Source: Perna viridis
Lineage: Eukaryota
Length of the DNA stretch: 64,000 nucleotides
NCBI GenBank assembly: GCA_037379345.1
Contig: CM074519.1
Location: 31,336,103 to 31,400,102 of the forward strand
Direction: 5' to 3'
Part shown: one piece after another, positions 48,301 through 63,300 of the stretch
Position numbering within the stretch: the stretch's first letter is position 1
How the letters are laid out: each line of letters opens with the position of its first letter
Position numbers and translations under genes: made by a program
The notes under the pieces: generated by a model
Databases searched by the model: none
The model's input: only the letters and a program-made list of their open reading frames with translations
What the model was told of the DNA's origin: nothing

Positions 48301-49356
48301 TTTTCCTATCTGAAGAAAGTTTTGCACAAATAGAAATTTCCCACATTGGAATGACTTCAAAAAAAATATTTTCCTTGGTCTTAATTTCAGTAATAGCAAA
48401 TAGGAAATTTAGAGTCCCCTGTCTTCAGTCAACCATAACAAATGGAAAAAAAAAGGATAGTCACTGTTCCTCTGCTAATCAGGCAGCATGTGTAAAATGT
48501 GGTGACTTGTTGTTTCAAAGTAAAATAGTGTGTCCTTGTTGGAATGATTGGCTGTTACTTCTGTTTGCTAGCGCCTTCAAGGTTTAGCTTAAAGTATCAG
48601 ACTTACATGTACATGTAAGTTAAAAGTCCATTCAGTTGATCCAGTTTTCTGTTGTAAAATGTTTGACACAATAAATTAAATTACGATATGGACTTGTGAC
48701 CGTCACTTGCTATCCATTGCCTGATTCTTAGATAAGCCTGTACTGAAATTACACTCATACAGATTCTGTTTCAAGTCTTTGTCACTTGGAAACTTTCACA
48801 CAATTTGGTTGCTTTTTTCCAAACACTTAGGATCACACGTAATTAACTTGATTCTTTATCCAATCATGCTATGTGTACCTTGGTGGTTTGACAGATTAAG
48901 TTTTTGTTATAAATTTTGACAGAATTACAGTTAGTGGACTTTGATAATTTGATAACTGGTACCAGTACATTTATTACCTAATTATAAGGTTTTATCTTGT
49001 TTATTAAATATACACATATTTTTCTCTATTTTCAAAATTTATTCAGGACAGGGCAATCTATTGCACTGTCGATGTACTATTGCACGATGCAATAGTCTCC
49101 TTGAAGAGTCTAGTCTATTGCACTGACCCCATAATGACCTTTGTCTAAGCCTTTTGATTGGTTGAACTTTTTTTAAGCGCTTCATTGAATTGGAATTTAC
49201 ACACAAAAAGCTTGTGTGTAAAAACGTAGGCGTGACTCTCTGCCAATTCGTAAACATGGAGCGGTCAATTTCCTATTCCTGGTCGAATGGTTGTCTCTTT
49301 GACATATTCCCCATTTCCATTCTTCATTATATCTCATAGACAAATTAGGTAATAAA

Positions 49357-49456
49357 ACAGTTATTAAATGGGTTGGATGCAATAGAACACTTGATTATTC
49401 TCAGTACCTCAGGACAAATATTCTGATCTATTGCATCCAACCCATTTAATAACTGT
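49357..49456. repeat. Perfect 30-bp inverted repeat with a 40-nt spacer
   Basis: acagttattaaatgggttggatgcaataga ... tctattgcatccaacccatttaataactgt. Confidence 0.85.
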
Positions 49457-50502
49457 ATACTATTGAATTAGAATGCATAGACTGAAGTTTTATAATTTTC
49501 TTTTGTTCCTTTACATCTGTTCAAAGAAGTTTGAAGATAATGATCTTATGTACTTTTAAAAAAGGAGTTTTGCTTTGGTTCATACAAATACAGGTTGATT
49601 TATCTACTTGAACTACTTGCAAACTACATGTACATATGATAATCTCTCTAATACATACAATGTGCATGGTGCTTTTAAGTAAATTGACAATTGATTAACA
49701 ACAATGAATATACATGTATATACAATGTACATGTAAGAATGGTGAAGATATTATCTCTTACAACCATGTTTTGGTCAGAAATGAACATCTCATTCTTGTT
49801 CAGTGATTGATATACAGCAATTAACCTTTCTTCTCTCTGCAGTAAACATTATTTGAGGAGTGTATGAGGTAAGATGAGAGCTTGGTTAACAGTTACTAAT
49901 TCACTGCTAATAATGTCTTGGCTTTAACTCTTATGCAGCATACCTATAGTCTATATCAGCTTTTTCAAATGAAAATACTTTCTTTGGTGCAAGATACAAT
50001 GTATATGTGGGTATCAATTTTCTCTTATGATAAAAAAAGTGGTAGTTTTTGCCTGGGACTAAAAAATGAAAATATTTGTATTGATCCAAACTTCATACAT
50101 CTGTATGATTTGATGTTCATAGTTATACATACGAAAGAAGGCGGTGTATAAAATTGATACCCATTACCTTTTACACTTTTGTAGTTTGTTATGATATATA
50201 GGGGTGATTCAGTTCACATTCAAATGTATGGAACTATGAAGATTTATCTTAAAGTAATTTTAATTTGGTTTGTAACAAGCTTTCCGGTTGGTTGGTTCTA
50301 TTTATGCTAACCAGGTTATTTTGTATAACCTGTTTTGATACTTCAGTGTCGTTAACATCAAACAAAATGTTTTGATTGTGAATCGACTGTTAATACTTTG
50401 ACTACGATTTAGTAGGAATTAAATCATAAGGAATGTTTCTTAATACCAAATAACATGGTTTTGGCCAGTTTTTATGAACCACTTCTTGATTCATCACACG
50501 TA

Positions 50503-50630
50503 AGATATAACCCCTACATATATCTGTTTATTCATAGGATATAACCCCTACTGATATCTCTTTATTTGAAGGATATAATCCCTACAGATATCTATTTATT
50601 CGAAGGATATAACCCCTACAGATATCTGTT
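50503..50630. repeat. Minisatellite, about 29-bp unit, 4 copies
   Basis: ggatataacccctacagatatct repeats. Confidence 0.8.
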
Positions 50631-53600
50631 TTCTGTTTAAAAGTTTATATTATGATATTTTTCTGGAATCTTCATTTTTCTTATCACTGTAAATGCTTTG
50701 ATTGAAATTTACCTGATTTAGCAGGGAAGGATTAATCTTCATATGTTTTGTAGTTATGTAGCCTTCTATTGTTATACAACTTTAGAAGTAATAGAAACAT
50801 ACCACATCAAAGAACTTTGTAAATAAGATGATATTGCTTGTTTCGAAAGAAGAGAACATGCTCTTTGTAACTGTATTTTATGAAGAGGAAAATAACTTTG
50901 TCCAGATAGTTTATTTAATTGTTTTGACTAAATGAATAGTTTGAGTCATAAAATCCAAATATTTGAATGAACTTTTGGAGCTGGTACTGAAAGATTTTGA
51001 AATTTTATCCTGTTTATTCCTTTGAAAAATAAGATGAATTAATGTCAAGGTTCAATAAAGTATAACAATAACCTAATCTGTCTGAACATCATGGGCTTCA
51101 TGGTCTTTATTCTAGACTTGTTACTTTGATTTACAATTTCAGAGGGGTTCTAATTACTGGTGGTCCAAGGTCCAGGACTTGATTTCTTACCGAGGACCTT
51201 TATAATTTCATTTACCGTGGTAGTTGGTACTGAACTATTAATCCTTTTTATTGACACATAATTGTGGACTTTTGATTTTCCTCAAGTGGATCACAGGGGT
51301 TGTGTACAGTGAGGAAGGGAGCGAGGGTGTGTCTGGCGATCTTGAATACTTTAAAATCTACACAAGCCTCTCTGAGTGGACCATCTTTACAAAACTTGAA
51401 AAGTCCTGCACCTTTCAGTCTTGAATGTAAATTTGAACCCGTGTTTTCTATGTTCGATGATCTCTTATATGCAGCTACACATGTGGTGATTTGTTTTTTC
51501 CCCTTAACTCAGGCTTCTTGGAGCCTTATTGAAAAGCATATTGTTTTTTTTTTAGATTAGAGTTGTTCCCCTTGGGTAATGTTAAACTAACAATAATGTT
51601 GTTATGCCTTAAATATTGACATGGTTCCTCATCACCAGTGAATTATTTATTTTGGAGAAAAGTGCATCATTGATTTGTTCATCACAGAGTTCAATAAGTT
51701 TTTATCTGTGTTCACAATCACAAAACTCGCAACTTCAAAAGCAATATTTTCATCAAACAAAGAAGTAGCTAGGTTTAAATCATGTGATACAATCGAAATG
51801 GTCTCAGTATTATTATGTTGTCCTTGTTTGTTTTCTGGGACATAGAAGAGTTAGTATAATTAATAAATAATTGCTTGTATTGATTAGGGTAAAACTATTA
51901 TACCTAGGAACGTTGGGAATAAGCTTTAATTAATATTACCGATAATTGTGTATTATATCCCAAATTTATATACAATGTTTCTCAAATGACTTACAGTAAA
52001 GGAAATTAGTCTGAAGTTTATTGGGTTAATACTTCGTAACTCTAAGTTGTTTTGTTTCTTGTGTAAATTGTGGGGAGGGAAAAACTGAATCAACATATCA
52101 AATTTGTTGTCTGGAAGGAAACAAGGGTGGTAACTCTTAGAGTAATTAGGATATCTATTGAGTTTTGTGATCAGTTATAAAGTTTCTAAGTCAGTCAGGT
52201 CAGTGTTTACTCTGTTTTCAGAAAAAAACTGTTTTTATTAATGGCATGTGCATGTGTATATAGATTATTACATATAAAGGAAAATATGACGGCCCATATT
52301 GCTTAATAAGTTTCCTACTGCCCTTAGTCGGTCAATGTCTTACAAATTACTTTGGATTTAACTATTTACTTGCAGATACTAAGGTTATCTTTTTGTGAGG
52401 GTATTTTTATTGGGTTACAAATGAATCCATTTTGATGCTGCAATGATTTTGCATGAAATGATTTGCCTTGGACTTGGTAAATTAAAAAAAAAACATTTTT
52501 TAGGCTTCCCTGTGATGTAAATATGCTGTTTTATAAATACATGCAGGAAATTTCTCATTCACTAAAGGTTTATAGGCTGTCTTTAACTGTTTTTTTTTCA
52601 CTGTTCATTTCCAATTACCACTTTCCTCTCTATCTTATTTGAAAGCTGTAGATATTAAAACAAGAGGGATTTTGAATTTTTATAAAGACTAATGTCCCTT
52701 ACCTCGTATGGTTTGAAGATACTATTGCTTTATGGAAGTTGTAGAACCAAATGACTTCACAGAAAACAAACTCCAGTATTGAGGAATTTGCTTGAATTTT
52801 CAATTCTCTAAATCCTGAGTCCTTAAAACCATCAAATAAGTCTGGAAACAAACACTTCTTATGCTATAATAAAAAGATTAATGAAGTATGTATTTTATTG
52901 TATTTTTTCTTTGTCAAGCATTCTAAAGAGTTTTAAATTTCTGATACACTTTTCTTTAAGTTACTAATGGCTCAGATATTCTTACACAACATCCATCTAT
53001 CAGTTTGAATTTCACTGTCTGTCTAGTTCTAGTTTTTGTTGAACTAAGGTCTAGATTTAGTATTGGAACATTCATTGTTTTATTGGCAACGTTATCATTT
53101 TTTGTTTGTTTTTACTGCCTGAATTTTCTATCTCAGTTTACTGATGTGATTCTAAAAAAAATTGCCAATGTCCTATGATAATTTTACATGGTTGCCGGTC
53201 AATTATATATATCAGTTTTGAAATCTTTATAATCTTTAGAACTGCCATTGTCTTGTATAGTATATTTAATCTATCTTAGGTAGGCAGGGTGTGATTCATT
53301 GTATCTCAAGTTATTCAATGATACTTTTCAAATACATTTGCTATATCCTTAAAACAACTCTTCTTACATGTATATTCATTTCCTTGGATCTGCAAACAAT
53401 CATGAAATATTTTTTGACTGGTTATAATGTGAAAATTCTGGCAGGAAATTTTCCTGTACTTTCTGTAGTAGAATGTAACCAAATTTGATGTGTTAATATC
53501 TCCAGTGGGTAGCTTTCATTGCACTTTCATTTTTGAATACAGTTCCTATCAGGTCGACCGAAGGATTTCCAATAAAAAATAATGTGGATTAAGAAACGCA

Positions 53601-53846
53601 TGAATCACTTATTATAAGTTTCTGCCTGGTTTTTAGGTAGAACTGTACTTAATTGTACTTAATTAACATGCTAGATTTGATATAATGTTTCAAAAGTTTT
53701 TTTTTTTCCTTTTTATACAATTTGTTTGTTACCCCCAACCATTGCAAGCATTTCTGGTACCCTTCTGCTGGGGACTCAAGACCTAGAACTGTTGTTGGAT
53801 ATTTGATGCATGTGATAGGTTTAAGTCAGTCTCTGAATTATTTCAG

Positions 53847-53943
53847 GTGTTAGTGCCATTTGTTGGAACAAAGACAGTAAACAATTCAGATTGACACCAA
53901 CAAGAAAGAAAAATAGAATCTCAAGCTCTGATAGTGCAAAAAG
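53847..53943 (+). other. Candidate internal exon (UTR or coding)
   Basis: tttcag acceptor and AAG|gtaagt donor; one open frame VSAICWNKDSKQFRLTPTRKKNRISSSDSAK. Confidence 0.35.
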
Positions 53944-54049
53944 GTAAGTCAGCTAATACTCTATTTCTGGCAAGAGGTGAGTCTTCTTAATCTCTAGAAC
54001 TGATATTGCTAAAAGGTAAGTCATCTAAAACTCTGTTTGTGGTAAGAAA

Positions 54050-54232
54050 GGGTAATCAAGGGAACCAAGGTTCTAGTGGAAAATAAAAGAATGTAATCCA
54101 GGGACAAATACCAGATTGGGAAAGTAAACATACACAACAAAGAACATAGAATAAACAAAATAACAAGAAGAAACAAAAGAAAATGAGTAACTCAGACTCA
54201 ACTAAAAACTGGGAGCGTAGACCAGGTGCACC
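54050..54232 (-). mobile_element. 5'-truncated 3' tail of the Penelope-like element
   Basis: Reverse complement of about 33210-33395. Confidence 0.7.
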
Positions 54233-57200
54233 TCTGCTCTTCTAGAAGAGGTAAATCATCTTAATCTCAAGCTCTGGTAATGTTTACACTTAAATGTGTC
54301 ATGATCTCAAGGTGTTAAATGCTTAAAGGTGTCAACATAAGCTTAACCTCTGGTCTTGCTTAAGAAAAGCTTCCTCAACCTTTAAAACTTGGCATGTCAA
54401 TCTGACAAGGGCACATACTGAAGTGCTTAAAGTTAACTTGTCTCAATCTAACATGCTTGTATAGAGCATGAAGATAACATGAGAGAAAGGCTGAGATTTT
54501 CGAAGTCTTTCTCTGAAGTTATAATTCTGGTGATGTATAATTGTTTTTATCACTTATAAAATTGCTAGGTGCCAAAGAAACAATTTAACTGTCTGATCCA
54601 GTTTAATATGTGAAATATGTAAATGAGTTGAGTTTTTTCCAACCTTTAATTGTTTCATTTTTTGTCTTCTATGTTGACTATCAAAAGAGCTATTTTCATC
54701 TGAAACTAGTAATTTGCAATGCTGTGTTTGATTCAGTGCATTTAGCTGTACAATCAGAACATCAATTTCCCAGCTAGAAAGTTAGCTTCAAAGAGTTTCC
54801 CTATCACAAAAATGTATAGTTACTGTTAATTGCCATAGACTTCCATGTCTTACACAAGTTTTACTTTGTTCTGAAAACAACATTTTTACAAATATTTAGT
54901 TGAAGTAGGTGATACCATGGAACCTATGTTAAGTTTACCTGACCAAGATCATTTTTCTAGGGAATTCCAAAGACGTATTAAAAAGTAATGTGGTTTTATC
55001 ATGAGTGTATAAGAATTACTGAATATGGAATTAAATTCCAGTTTTATGCACAAAACTTAACAAGAAGGAAGATGCTGTAAACATATTAATTTTTGCGGTT
55101 GGTAATTTTGCGGATACACATTCCTTGGTATCAATTTTAGCAATTCAAACAAAAATTATTAGGGTTATATATTTATTTCATATGGTCTTTTTATATATTT
55201 CCAAAATGAAAGCCATTCAACAAGTTTTTCAATGGGACATAACCCACCAACAGACAACAGCCTGGTTAGGGATAGGAAGAAGATTAAACATTTTTCTTTG
55301 ATAATTAAACTGTTTTCACTATGGTAAGTAGCTAAATGATTTGAAATGAATTATTTTAAAGTATCCTATTACATTCCACAGCTCCAAAAAGTCAAATATT
55401 TGAATTTGAAGTCTACTGCTGTCCCATGCTCCTGTTGGTTAGTATGTTGGAGAGTTAGTTCCCTTTGCTAATTTTTTTTTTTTAAAGTTGGCTATATGAA
55501 AGTGGTCTATTTTGTGGGTACTATATTTTTTTGCACTTTTCTGACCACCATGAAAAAAGCAAGAACTAATATTTTCACAATATTAAAATAATTTCAGTAA
55601 TGGAATTTTGATATTTTATATAAAAAAGCTGTTGTATAAATTTCTTCTGAATAAAATATCTCATGTTTTATGCTTTGTTGACCGCTGGTTTTTTAATTCA
55701 ACAGTTGAAAAAAATAAAATGTATTCTTTGCATTTGAGTGCTGAAATCATATTTTTTTTTATAAACCTATGTATTTGAATTCTTTGGACTCCTTTCAGGA
55801 AATCTCTGCTAATATCAACGTAATTAATTATTTCTCACATTAAGGTGTGATTCTGTGATCATTGTTCATAGAGATATAGCTGGAAGCACTTTGTGCTATA
55901 ATTTCATAAAATTAAAAAAAAATGTTATGAATTGCTTAAGCATGTATAATATTGCAGTTGTAGATTATCTCTTTGTCTGGCAGATAGTTGCCCTGCTATT
56001 ATTACATTGTTGAGTAATAAAGAATCCAAATAGTTGAATTTGTCTGTTCTGATGCAGCCACTGAAATATCACTTGTACTCAATGTGGATGCTATATACAT
56101 AATAGGATACTGTGACAATAGGTTTATCATCTGCTGGTGTTAATTTTTTATGGGTAAAAAGAATGATGATTGTGTGTTTGCTTCAATGTAATGTAAATTG
56201 GTGGTTATGCTACACAAAAGAATCAGTTTGACTTTTCCTTTGTCTTGATTTGTGGTAATTTGCTTTTATATTATCCCATTCCACTGAATTACATGTATAT
56301 AGCCTGCCTGTCCATCTGTCTTGTCTGTCTGTCCAGCACATCATTGTCCACAATTCCACCTTTATAACAAGTTTTCTGCTACTAGCAAGAAATAAATAGG
56401 ATAGGTAGATAGGGAAGTTATTTCCTTTTTCAAAACTCCTTTTACATTGAGTTGATGGGGTCACAATTTAGACTATAATGAACATTTTATACTCAGAGTA
56501 GGCAAAAACATATAGAATAGGTAGGATATCAGGAAACAGATGTGTTATTTATTGCCTCTGTTTATAGTATCACTCACTCTCTGTCCATTTCTGTACATTT
56601 CAATAACTATTACACCCCTCTTCGAAGGAGAGGGGTATACTGATTTACCCTTTTCCATGTGTCTGTCGGTAACATTTTTTCCATCACACTATTCTCAATC
56701 ATCCTGTAGGTATGCCATATGTTAGGATCCATTTTTTGAAAAATTTGACAACAGCTTCCTCTTAAAAGAGGATTTTGTAAATTTTTCTTATATTGTTATT
56801 TCAAGCAAGGGTATTACTATTTAGCCATCACTCACAGATTTCTTATTTGGTAGTGTATGTCACCATGAAAGGAAACTTCCATATGTCTTTCATAAAATTA
56901 TTTTTTTTTTGTTTCAAATTTATTGGACTTTTAAGTAGCACTCCAGATAAGAATCATGCAAAATGTGATTCATGGGTAAAAAGCCTACATATTTTTATTT
57001 TTGATATTTTGTTTGAAATGTCATAGTAAACAGAAATAAACATGTGGTTTTTCATATAACCCATGCTCTTTGGAGATAAAAATTGTATAGAATGAACTGT
57101 AGATTTCAAAATTAAGGGAGACAACTCTGTAAATGACACTCAAATACAACAGAATCTATTGGATTTTCAATGTTGATTATCTCCTAAGAGCAGAGAGATT

Positions 57201-59084
57201 GGAATGAATAATTACACATTTTATACTACAGACCCATAAAACAACTCAATTTCAGAAATAAAATTATGTAGCCTTTTTTGGTCTTTTTACTTAATATTGA
57301 GGATGTATATAAGTAAATATATTGTAAGATGACTTTAGTTGATCACAAGCTGCATTATGACGTACACAATTGCATTACATTTAGCTTATGCTTATAAAGC
57401 CATTACACCAGTGTTACATAATGTAAAATTTGTCTAATATAAGCCAACATCTTGCAGTGACTTTTATATAGGATTACATCAGGCCAACAAATTATGCTCA
57501 GGGGAGCCTTTAGTTATTTCTTTGCACCTAATGAGGAATTCCATTAGTATGAGATTGTCATTCTGCATCAAGCACGGCTGATACTGTAGTCATTAAACTT
57601 TGGATCGCAGACCAGTATATCCATTAGGTTGTATCATATTTCGGTATCAGAATTGTTGTGTCCAGTGATGGATTACCAACCTGATGGAATGATTACTGCT
57701 CTGTAACTAACAAATTAATGGAATGGAACCGCTGTGACATTTTATGGAGAAAAAGGCTTTTTCTAAAAAAAAAATGTATTTAATTTTTTTTAATCATGTT
57801 AAAATTCTATAATTATAGGTTTCATAAGGAGTGAAAGTTGAATATCACAAAATATCAACTGAGTTCTTTAATTTTGAAGTCATAATAAACAGGCCATGGT
57901 ATGTTTTTTATGATGATGAAATTAAATAACTCAAGTTGATATTTTTAAATATTCCAATCCTCATGTTATTAACCTTTTTCTGTTGGAGTCTTCTGGAATA
58001 TTTGGCTGCATTACAAATGGCATCTGCCATGTTGGAAATTTTATCAATTATCCATCTATGACTTAGCCAGACCTTACAGGAGAACAAAATAAGAAACATC
58101 ACAATGTTGCTTTCCACCAATTAGCTTTTATACCTCCCAGTCACAACAGCAAATTATCATATCACTAGTTCATATCAAATTACCCCATGATGTCATGTTG
58201 CAAAATATCTAGCCGTGTTAGAAGTACATAAAATGACCAATTCATAGAGAATGTAAATTTGATTATTTTGGACCCTTTTTCATTATACACCATGCAATGA
58301 AGTTGGATGAGTATAATGTTTTTGACCCATCAGTCCATTTTCAGTTTTACAGACTTTTTTTGAAGCCCTTGAAGATATTGATATGGTTTTTGGCATATAC
58401 CTGCACCATGAGAAGTTTCAGGTCAAGTTTAATTTTCATTCCACTCCAATGATATTTACTGAAATTGCAGGTCTTGAAATTAGCAGAATTGTCAGAAATA
58501 ACAGTTTTCCAGACTTTTTTCCACATGCTTGCTAAAATTTACATTGTTTTTGGTATGTGTTCACCATGATAAGTTAAAGGTCAAGTGTATCTTTTGTTCC
58601 GCTACAATAATATTTACTTTGAATTAATTGAAACTCAAAGAAATCACTGTCTGGAGTTTGAAACTGCCATTCTGAGTAACAGAATTTAGTTAGAAGATAA
58701 AGAAAATATCATTTTCAAAAATCTTTTTTAAATTTTATTATGCCTGAAAAAAAACCCACTCTAATTTCTTTTTTTTTTCGGGTCCTTCTACATGTATTTC
58801 TCTTATGAACAAATTTACTTGAGTATCCCACATGGGGATGTATGGGGTATGTGAGTGCGCTCACTAAGGTTCTTTAATTTTAAAACAGAGTTTTTTAATG
58901 CCCTCGACTATTCAAATGGGTCTCGCACATAGGGCTTTCTGGAACATGATAATTATACTCTATAGAACTAGATGTATGGGTGTAGAGAAAATTTATTAAA
59001 GATTAGAAATTAAAATTTTTAACAAATTTACACATTTGGGTAATTTAAAAGACTTTTTGACTATCAAGATTGATTGATACTAGA

Positions 59085-59510
59085 TATCACTGCTGATGGT
59101 CTCTAAAAATATCCCTGCTGATGGTTTCCAAAAATACATTGTATCCCTGCTTATGATTCCAAAATATCATTGCTGATGGTATATATAAATATCACTGTTC
59201 ATGGTGACCGAAAATATTACTATTCATTGTCCTTAAATGTAATCACTGCTGATGGTCTCTAAAAATATCACTGTTGATAATCCCTAAAAATGTCACTGCT
59301 GACGGTTCCTAAAAATAACACTGCTGATGATCCCTAAAAATATCACTGTTGATTGTCCCTTGAAATGTCACTGCTGATGGTCTCTAAAAGTATCACTGTT
59401 GATGGTCCCTAAAAATATCACTGTTAATGCTCCCAAAAAATATCCCTTCTAATGGTTTTTAATAATAAATCTGCTGGTGGTCTCTAAAATATCACTGCTT
59501 ATGGTTCCTT
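59085..59510. repeat. Minisatellite, about 26-bp unit
   Basis: atatcactgctgatggtctctaaaa variants. Confidence 0.85.
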
Positions 59511-60112
59511 ACAATGAATCTAGTAAATTTATGGTAATATCAAGACTGGCTTGACTATACAAATGTTTTTCATCTCAGTGGAGTTGCTGTCTCTTTGACA
59601 TATTTACTATAGCCATTTTCGTTATATTACCAGTAAAACATTTTCAAAGCTAAAATGCTTTTACCTTCAAAAAAATTTAGTTTTTTCTGGAATTTGTATA
59701 GAGAGATGTAGAAAGAAGATATATTGTTGAAATTGATCAAGTGTAATGGATTTAAAAAGTGATCAAGTTTATTGTTGTAGTAATGTTTCATAGATACATC
59801 TATAATATAAATGTTTGGATGTTTATATCCAATGCATTTTACAATCAAAACAGTGATGAAGCTCTGTATCTGAAACTTGAGATCCCAAGCTAGATCTTCA
59901 CAGAAACTGTCATACAGTAGGACATCAAATATGAGTGACTTTTCCTGTTAGACAATGTACAGTAGGACTACAGACAATGTACCGTAGGACTACAGTGTTT
60001 ATGCCCTATATTGGAAACTGAGATCTTGACCTATAATTTTTAAGTGCTTTGAAGGTGTCAGAAGATTATGACAAAAAATTAGCCTAACTGTACATTCTTC
60101 TTTTGTCATCAG

Positions 60113-60350
60113 CTAAAGTCTGTTGATGCAATGGTTATACAGTAATTGTTGTCATAAGATGGGGCAAAAATGGGCTCATTATATATTCAACTATACATTC
60201 TCCTAAGTCTGTTGATGCAATGGTTATACAGTAATTGTTGTCATAAGATGGGGCAAAAATGGGCTCATTATACATTCAACTATACATTCTGCTAAGTCTG
60301 ATGATGCAATGGTTATACAGTAATTGTTGTCATAAGATAGGGCAAAAATT
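60113..60350. repeat. Tandem repeat, about 89-bp unit, about 2.7 copies
   Basis: taagtctgttgatgcaatggttatacagtaattgttgtcataagatggggcaaaaa... Confidence 0.85.
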
Positions 60351-63300
60351 AGCCTAACTCTACATACTCCTTTACCAACACCTTAAGTCGGTTATACATT
60401 AATTGTTGTTTCAATATTAGTTTTTTTTTCACACCAGCCCACTGCAGTTCATTAATCATATGACTGCTTTTTCCTGTTCAACAATGCACAATAGGACAAT
60501 AGGATTAGATGATTTATTGCTCATTTCATTATCATGGTGTCCCATTGGAATTGGAAGGTGTTAGAACAGGTCTCATAGACAGGATGTATCTATAATGATG
60601 CATGATGGGTAATTGTTTTTGAAGGGATGTCATGATGTAATGAAGATTAATTTACCTTTCTATACAGATGAGGCGAATAGTATTGAATTAACTCCCTTGT
60701 TAGGGGAGGTTTTAATTAGATTGCTAGGGCAACCTACAGGATCTGAGAACTCATTACTTTTTGAGTGGGATTGGGTCATTAGATTTTGTCTGAGTATTGA
60801 GTTATTTCCCTTGAATCTCATGATTTATCTTTGTTAGTGTCATTGGCATCAATAAGACTTAACATACTAACAATCCAATATTTCAAACTTATTTTTAGCT
60901 TGTTAGATTTGAAGATTAGTTTGTTTTCTGACATGTAATGGTGATGACAAACTGATAGATTGTTTGATCACACAGTTTGTGTTGGAAAAGAAAGCCTATA
61001 TATTTTCTATCAAGAATTGAGGGAAACTTGCTATTATAGAACTGTTAAATTTGGGACACATGCCAAGTTTTAACTTTAATATTGATGCCAGAAGTCTATA
61101 ATGCTTTCTCTATACAAGCTGATTTAAAACTGGATGGTGTTCAACCTCAAATCCTGCAAGAAATGCGTTGCCAATGAATCTTGTTGCAAAACAATAGCTT
61201 TTGGATAACTTTTAGCAGTTGAAATTTTCATTCTTGACTTCCCATCAGCCATGAGTAAATATGTTGCTTTTTTCCTTTCTTGAAAAAAACTTATTGATAT
61301 ATAGGTTTGTCTTCCAACATCCTTCATGTGGTTTTGATTTAGTTCCTATCCTAAATTCTTAATCAATAATATGCAAATTACGTCTTGCTTTAAGCTGTTG
61401 GCTCAATATATATGGTAAACAAGATGTGTTGTCACTGCTATAACTCATTGTTTCCACCTCTGCCATGTTTTGGCATTTTGATGTCAAATTAATTAAAATA
61501 TTCTAAATCTCAGTTTTCAAGAAGAAACACTGGAATAAGATATATGGTACAGAATTATGACTTCTTCCCTAAGGTCTTTAGTTGGAAAAAATGTTAATTT
61601 TCTTTCGTTATAGAATTTTAAGCAGCTAAGAGAATTCCGGAATATAAGTCCTTAAACATTGTGTATTCGTTGATTGGAAGGTTGATAATATTTTACGTTA
61701 ATTTCACGTTTGAAATTCCCTTCAGGTTTGATTTAGATTAGATGAAAATCATGGCTTTCTTTTAATCATGTTGGAATCAGATATTTTGGGTTATTCAATA
61801 TAGCTATAAAGCTTTAGCAATGATGTATGGTAGATTATGTCACTGTATCAGCAATTTTAGAAAACAATATGATTTTGTAACCTAAACATGCATTGGAAAA
61901 TTTACTTATATAGTTATGAAATGATGTTATATAGTGAATTTCTCTACCTGGACTAAATTTTTGTCTTGTGCATGATCTAATGAAAGTTTTGTCTTTATGG
62001 GAACTTAAATACTTTAAATGTGCTGATGAGTATGATATGGTTAAAGTTAGGAAAAGAATTGAATTAAAATATTTATAAGTTCAAAGTATAATATGACATT
62101 TATTTAGAAAAATAAAAATTCTGTGCTTTTCTTCACTGAAGTATTTGGGATTTATCTCATTCTATACCAATTGTGTGGGATTTGGTTGCTATGAAGGATT
62201 AAGAAATCGTAGCAGTTATCATTACAAGATAACATATCAGATTCTTCAATTAGGAGTTGACATTTCATTTCATAATGAACATCAGCTCAATTTTGCAATG
62301 GATAAATTCTGTTTTATCTCAAATCTGAACAGGTGAAATTTGACATTACCATTTATAGTCTTAGAAACAACAGGACTATTATTACATTGAAGCCTGAGTT
62401 TAAAAGGAATAATTACTATAACTTTACTGTATCGGCAATAATATGTAATGCAGTCGGAAGCTAATTTTTTTGTTTATTGATACTGTAGCTACTTGTTAAA
62501 ATTCATAGACAACAGAATTGTGTCAATATCTTTACAATTTACTATTGACAAGGAACAAAGTATGGAAGTAAATGTTTTAAACCATCTGGGAAATCTGTTG
62601 TTTAAAGAGCATTGAAATATCTACTGATATTGCATCTTGATGGCAATTCAACTGTCATTGCTGACTGGAAAGACAATGATGACACAATAGAACAATGCAT
62701 TTCCATAGATACGATATAAACAGTGATATTAAATATGGCATTTATCTGTATTTGTTGGAATTAGAGAAAGATAAAGAAATTTTATATTCAATACATAACT
62801 TACAAAGTGGAAAATAGCGACTACGTGATATTGCAGAGAAAAGGATGAACAGATTGATAGATACTGTGAGTTGTTGTGAAGACTACTTGTCATAGCCTGG
62901 CTGTTATATTGTTTTATATCTGTGTGATCTGATTTTGTTAGCAGTAGTTGACTATACATTAAGGGATGATACATTGTACAAAATTGATTGGAAGTGAGAA
63001 TTATGGAAAATTTCTAATTGCCATTTTTGCATTGGAACTCAAAGGCATTTCATTGTATTCTTTTAGTTTCCAGATGTGAAAAACAGCCTCTTGGGAAACT
63101 TGTAAAGGAAACTTAGTTGTGAGTGGTAGCACTTCGTGTCACATTGCTTTAGACCAGTTAAATGAATATTAGAGTTACGTAAAACACTAAATTAGTGCTT
63201 AACGTATCAATCATTGAAAGTTGTAATACCGTGATCACTCTAGACAGTATATCTCAAAAGAAAATTGAATTTGAATCAGAAAGTGAGCTTTGGTTGCGTG

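Noticed and set aside
46333-62974. Numerous 60-116-aa ORFs in the right third of the window
   Set aside because: Their F/I/L/K-rich composition is typical of random AT-rich DNA, with no motifs and no coherent exon chain.
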